Below are positions 6,373-8,522 of a stretch of DNA of 8,522 nucleotides, piece by piece. The first letter of the stretch is position 1; the number at the start of each line of letters is the position of its first letter. Below the pieces are notes generated by a model, which saw nothing but the letters and a program-made list of their open reading frames with translations, ran no database searches and was not told the origin of the DNA. The position numbers and the translations under genes are program-made. The DNA is from Nanobdellota archaeon (GTDB lineage: Archaea > Nanobdellota > Nanobdellia > Nanobdellales > Nanobdellaceae). The stretch spans positions 1 through 8,522 of the forward strand of contig JAIXNB010000008.1 of NCBI GenBank assembly GCA_020697515.1, written 5' to 3'.

Positions 6373-6897
6373 TTAGTTGCAAGACCAAAATCCTAAGTTT
6401 CTCCGCCTTGCAAATCTCTCAGCATATTTATAAGTATCTCCAAACGATATGGCAAGACCATTTAATACAAGATACTCACCAATATCTGTACAAATGTTTC
6501 CCGTGCAATTATATACTCTTGCAAGTATCCTTCCATATTTATCATGTCCGAGAAATTCTATCTTTATACAATAGTTATTAAATATATTTTCTAGAACCTC
6601 TTTAGCACGATATGAATAATATTTTAAACAGCTATAATTCTTCTTATCTATGTAATGAAGTACCCATTTCTTTTGTTTTGTTAGCTCTAAAGTGTCTATG
6701 CCATATATTCTTACTTTTTTATTATGCCACCTAAAAGTATCCCCATCTATGACCTGTAACTCAAGTGAATCACAAACTACAACATATTTGTTAAAGTTAG
6801 TTAACACGCTTACTACTATCACAAGTATAGAAATACTTATTAATAATAGCAATGTATGTCTATTCATATAGTATATAGATGTCGTAATTAAGCTCAT
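6373..6897 (-). CDS. staphylococcal (micrococcal) nuclease-like thermonuclease with an N-terminal signal anchor
   Basis: 174-aa ORF. VIDGDTF...VRIYGIDTLE matches the Ca-binding/catalytic Asp-Asp-Thr-Glu and Arg pattern of SNase. DKYGRILARVY matches SNase DKYGRGLAYIY. The C-terminal NLGFWS matches the SNase LNIWS region. The N-terminal hydrophobic helix is LLLLISISILVIVVSVL. An alternative start is Met11 (ATG 6867). Confidence 0.85.
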   Translation of the reverse strand: MSLITTSIYYMNRHTLLLLISISILVIVVSVLTNFNKYVVVCDSLELQVIDGDTFRWHNKKVRIYGIDTLELTKQKKWVLHYIDKKNYSCLKYYSYRAKEVLENIFNNYCIKIEFLGHDKYGRILARVYNCTGNICTDIGEYLVLNGLAISFGDTYKYAERFARRRNLGFWSCN

Positions 6898-6904
6898 AAT
6901 CTAT

Positions 6905-7447
6905 GTGATGCTAATGGATACAAAGACATGGTATAACACAATAGCACCCTCATACGAAGAACTATATGGAGAAGAGCAATTTAGAAAAGTAATCTTTATT
7001 AAGGATTTGTATAGAAGGCTATTCGGAAATTATAAATTTAAGAGGGGTTTAGATTTTGGATGTGGGACCGGGATATCTATAGAACTATTATTAGAGATCG
7101 TTGAGGAACCTTATGCTTGCGATATATCTGAAAAACTATTGAATATTGCTAAACATAAGTATCCGAATGTGAATTATATAAAATGTGAAGGGTTAGCCAA
7201 TGAATTTAGGGATTTTTTTGATGTTATTATATCTATTACTGTTTTACAAGATGTTGAAAATCCTCTAGGAGTTCTATATTTGTTTAAGCAAATATTACAG
7301 GATCATGGTATAGTTATATTATCTGTTCTAAAGAAAAAAGGGATCTCTTACTGGAAACCAATAGTCAAAGAATATTTCAATATATTATGGTTTGATGAAG
7401 AAGACAAAGATTTTGTCTTCTTCTTGTCAAAAAAGAAGGAACTTTAA
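6905..7447 (+). CDS. class I SAM-dependent methyltransferase (Methyltransf_11-like, small)
   Basis: 180-aa ORF with motif I LDFGCGTG, an acidic post-I residue (ACDIS) and the FDVIISITVLQDV motif. The tracked start is GTG 6905; ATG 6908 or ATG 6914 are equally possible. There is no DPPY/NPPY-type DNA-methyltransferase motif. Confidence 0.85.
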   Translation: MMLMDTKTWYNTIAPSYEELYGEEQFRKVIFIKDLYRRLFGNYKFKRGLDFGCGTGISIELLLEIVEEPYACDISEKLLNIAKHKYPNVNYIKCEGLANEFRDFFDVIISITVLQDVENPLGVLYLFKQILQDHGIVILSVLKKKGISYWKPIVKEYFNILWFDEEDKDFVFFLSKKKEL

Positions 7448-7528
7448 AATCTTGATATACTAAAAATATGTTACGAACTTTTGTTAGAGTGTGAGTAAAT
7501 TTTTACCTCTTCTTAAATAACAAAAATA

Positions 7529-7536
7529 TTTATATA
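7529..7536 (+). promoter_or_regulatory. TATA box (TTTATATA)
   Basis: A near-consensus archaeal TATA sequence centred ~26 nt upstream of ATG 7558. Confidence 0.45.
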
Positions 7537-7557
7537 GGAATTTACTACCACATAGTT

Positions 7558-8035
7558 ATGGAGGTGAAAATGGATTTAGGATTTGCTGGATTCGAAGAAC
7601 TAAAAGAAAAAGGTAGAGAAAATAGGGCCCCCTTACCAGTAGACTTAGAGTATGTTAAGAAATATGAAAAGGATTGGAGAACGGTATATATAAGCAAGGA
7701 CGAATAATTTGTAATTAAAAGCATAGATGATATAATTTTAGCAAGTTTTTCTTCAAAAACTATACATTCAGGAAACTTTGAATCACATTTAAAAAAGGAA
7801 ATGAATATATTTTTGGTAGAGAAACAAGTTTTAGCTTATTACAAGATTTATATTGTGTAAGCATAAAGCTAAACGGAGAATATGACAAAAAACAACAGGT
7901 GTATGGGTTACTCCTTCTGTTTCAAGAGTACATTACTATGTGAGAGATCTAGATGACGAAATAGAAATCGCAAGATTAGGAATGAATCCGATAAACATAG
8001 AGTTCAGTAAATACAAAAGTAATATATGGCTATAA
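7558..8035 (+). pseudogene. chain of short ORF fragments, possibly an eroded gene (weak GNAT-acetyltransferase-like pattern)
   Basis: The frame from 7558/7570 to 7704 ends at TAA 7705-7707. The same frame then stays open for 50 more codons (7708-7857) to TAA 7858-7860. After that, 7863-7940 and 7886-8032 are open in the other two frames, with no credible start codons. The first fragment (45-49 aa) could also be a genuine small protein. Confidence 0.3.
7560..7567 (+). promoter_or_regulatory. Shine-Dalgarno-like GGAGGTGA
   Basis: This 8-nt match to the complement of the conserved 16S 3' end lies 2 nt upstream of ATG 7570. Alternatively it is simply codons 2-4 of an ORF starting at ATG 7558. 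Confidence 0.35.
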
Positions 8036-8056
8036 AACATAAGTTTTGGTTTTTTA

Positions 8057-8064
8057 TTTTTATA
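8057..8064 (+). promoter_or_regulatory. TATA-like box (TTTTTATA)
   Basis: Centred ~27 nt upstream of ATG 8088. Confidence 0.35.
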
Positions 8065-8087
8065 CACTTCGGAAAACCATATATTTT

Positions 8088-8201
8088 ATGAGCTATTATA
8101 TGCCAGAAAAATACATAAAGGAAAAAGTTAACAAAATGCTGAATATTTTCATGATTCTCTTAGTTTCTACCATATACTTATTTTATCTGGAGTTATTATA
8201 G
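8088..8201 (+). CDS. small hydrophobic protein (37 aa), possibly the 5' part of a frame-broken ~64-aa membrane protein
   Basis: ATG 8088 to TAG 8199-8201 gives MSYYMPEKYIKEKVNKMLNIFMILLVSTIYLFYLELL. An overlapping frame, open to TAA 8279-8281, continues a hydrophobic helix (SGVIIAATVIFTIKLIKTVEEYEKYLGKYTT) but has no start codon. Confidence 0.35.
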   Translation: MSYYMPEKYIKEKVNKMLNIFMILLVSTIYLFYLELL

Positions 8202-8389
8202 CTGCTACTGTAATATTCACTATCAAATTAATAAAGACTGTAGAGGAATATGAAAAATACTTGGGAAAATATACAACATAATTAATATTAAGTATCGCCA
8301 TCTTTTTATCAAAATTTCTAATAAGAAAATTAATACAAATAATATATCTATTTGATAAGTTAGTATAGCCATTGGATATTTGTTAATAG

Positions 8390-8398
8390 TATATATAT
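8390..8398 (+). promoter_or_regulatory. TA-repeat TATA-like box
   Basis: TATATATAT lies ~22-26 nt upstream of ATG 8416. Confidence 0.3.
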
Positions 8399-8415
8399 TG
8401 AAATATGGTGGGTAT

Positions 8416-8522
8416 ATGAGTACGCTGGAAAAATTAACTCTGTTGGGTATGTATTGTTCTATTTTAGCGTGTTTTTTAGGGATAATACTTGAAGAACGTG
8501 TAAAAGTGGGTGAAATTTCATC
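8416..8522 (+). CDS. 5' end of a gene running off the window; N-terminal TM helix
   Basis: The frame is open from ATG 8416 to the window end (35 codons): MSTLEKLTLLGMYCSILACFLGIILEERVKVGEIS. Confidence 0.45.
   Translation, partial: MSTLEKLTLLGMYCSILACFLGIILEERVKVGEIS

Noticed and set aside
6354-6581. 75-aa + strand ORF
   Set aside because: It is antisense to the SNase-like gene, overlaps the end of the zinc-ribbon gene, and has no motifs.
5467-7447. Nuclease plus methyltransferase as a restriction-modification or defence island
   Set aside because: The nuclease is an SNase-type non-specific enzyme with a signal anchor, so it is probably extracellular. The methyltransferase lacks DNA-MTase motif IV (D/NPPY) and a target-recognition domain. 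The genes are divergent and not coupled.
7705-7707. In-frame TAA as a programmed recoding or readthrough site
   Set aside because: Known archaeal recoding uses TGA (Sec) or TAG (Pyl), not TAA. Further stops and frame changes follow downstream, so decay or sequencing error is the simpler explanation.
1-8522. CRISPR arrays, transposases/IS ends, integrases, long direct or inverted repeats
   Set aside because: Reading the window, I found no regularly spaced repeats, terminal inverted repeats, or recombinase/transposase-like ORFs. Only short A/T-rich low-complexity similarities are present.

Overview
This is an AT-rich, very tightly packed segment that looks archaeal. Evidence: an archaeal/eukaryotic-type ribosomal protein uS19, a FlaI/ArlI-like ATPase, TATA-like boxes about 26 nt upstream of many start codons, and Lys/Ile/Glu/Tyr-rich proteins. 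My guess is a Nanoarchaeota/DPANN-like hyperthermophile, which cannot be proven from the sequence alone. The left half (227-4926) holds the assembly core of a type IV filament system (archaellum/pilus/Tad-like). It is arranged as two divergent, translationally coupled gene pairs: one VirB11/FlaI-family ATPase plus three separate single-T2SSF-domain membrane platform proteins. Two of the platform proteins look like a fissioned FlaJ/ArlJ gene, and one of these carries a ~195-aa coiled-coil/basic N-terminal extension. No pilin or prepilin peptidase is visible. The middle holds an orphan rps19 outside any ribosomal operon, a 185-aa unknown, a CxxC...CxxC zinc-ribbon protein, a membrane-anchored Cys-rich staphylococcal-nuclease homologue and a small class I SAM methyltransferase. 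The right ~1 kb (7448-8415) is ORF-poor and contains frame-broken fragments that look like eroded genes. At the left edge (64-180) a ~54% G+C island lies between convergent gene ends and is a candidate structured RNA of unknown class. I recognised no CRISPR array, rRNA, canonical tRNA or transposase.
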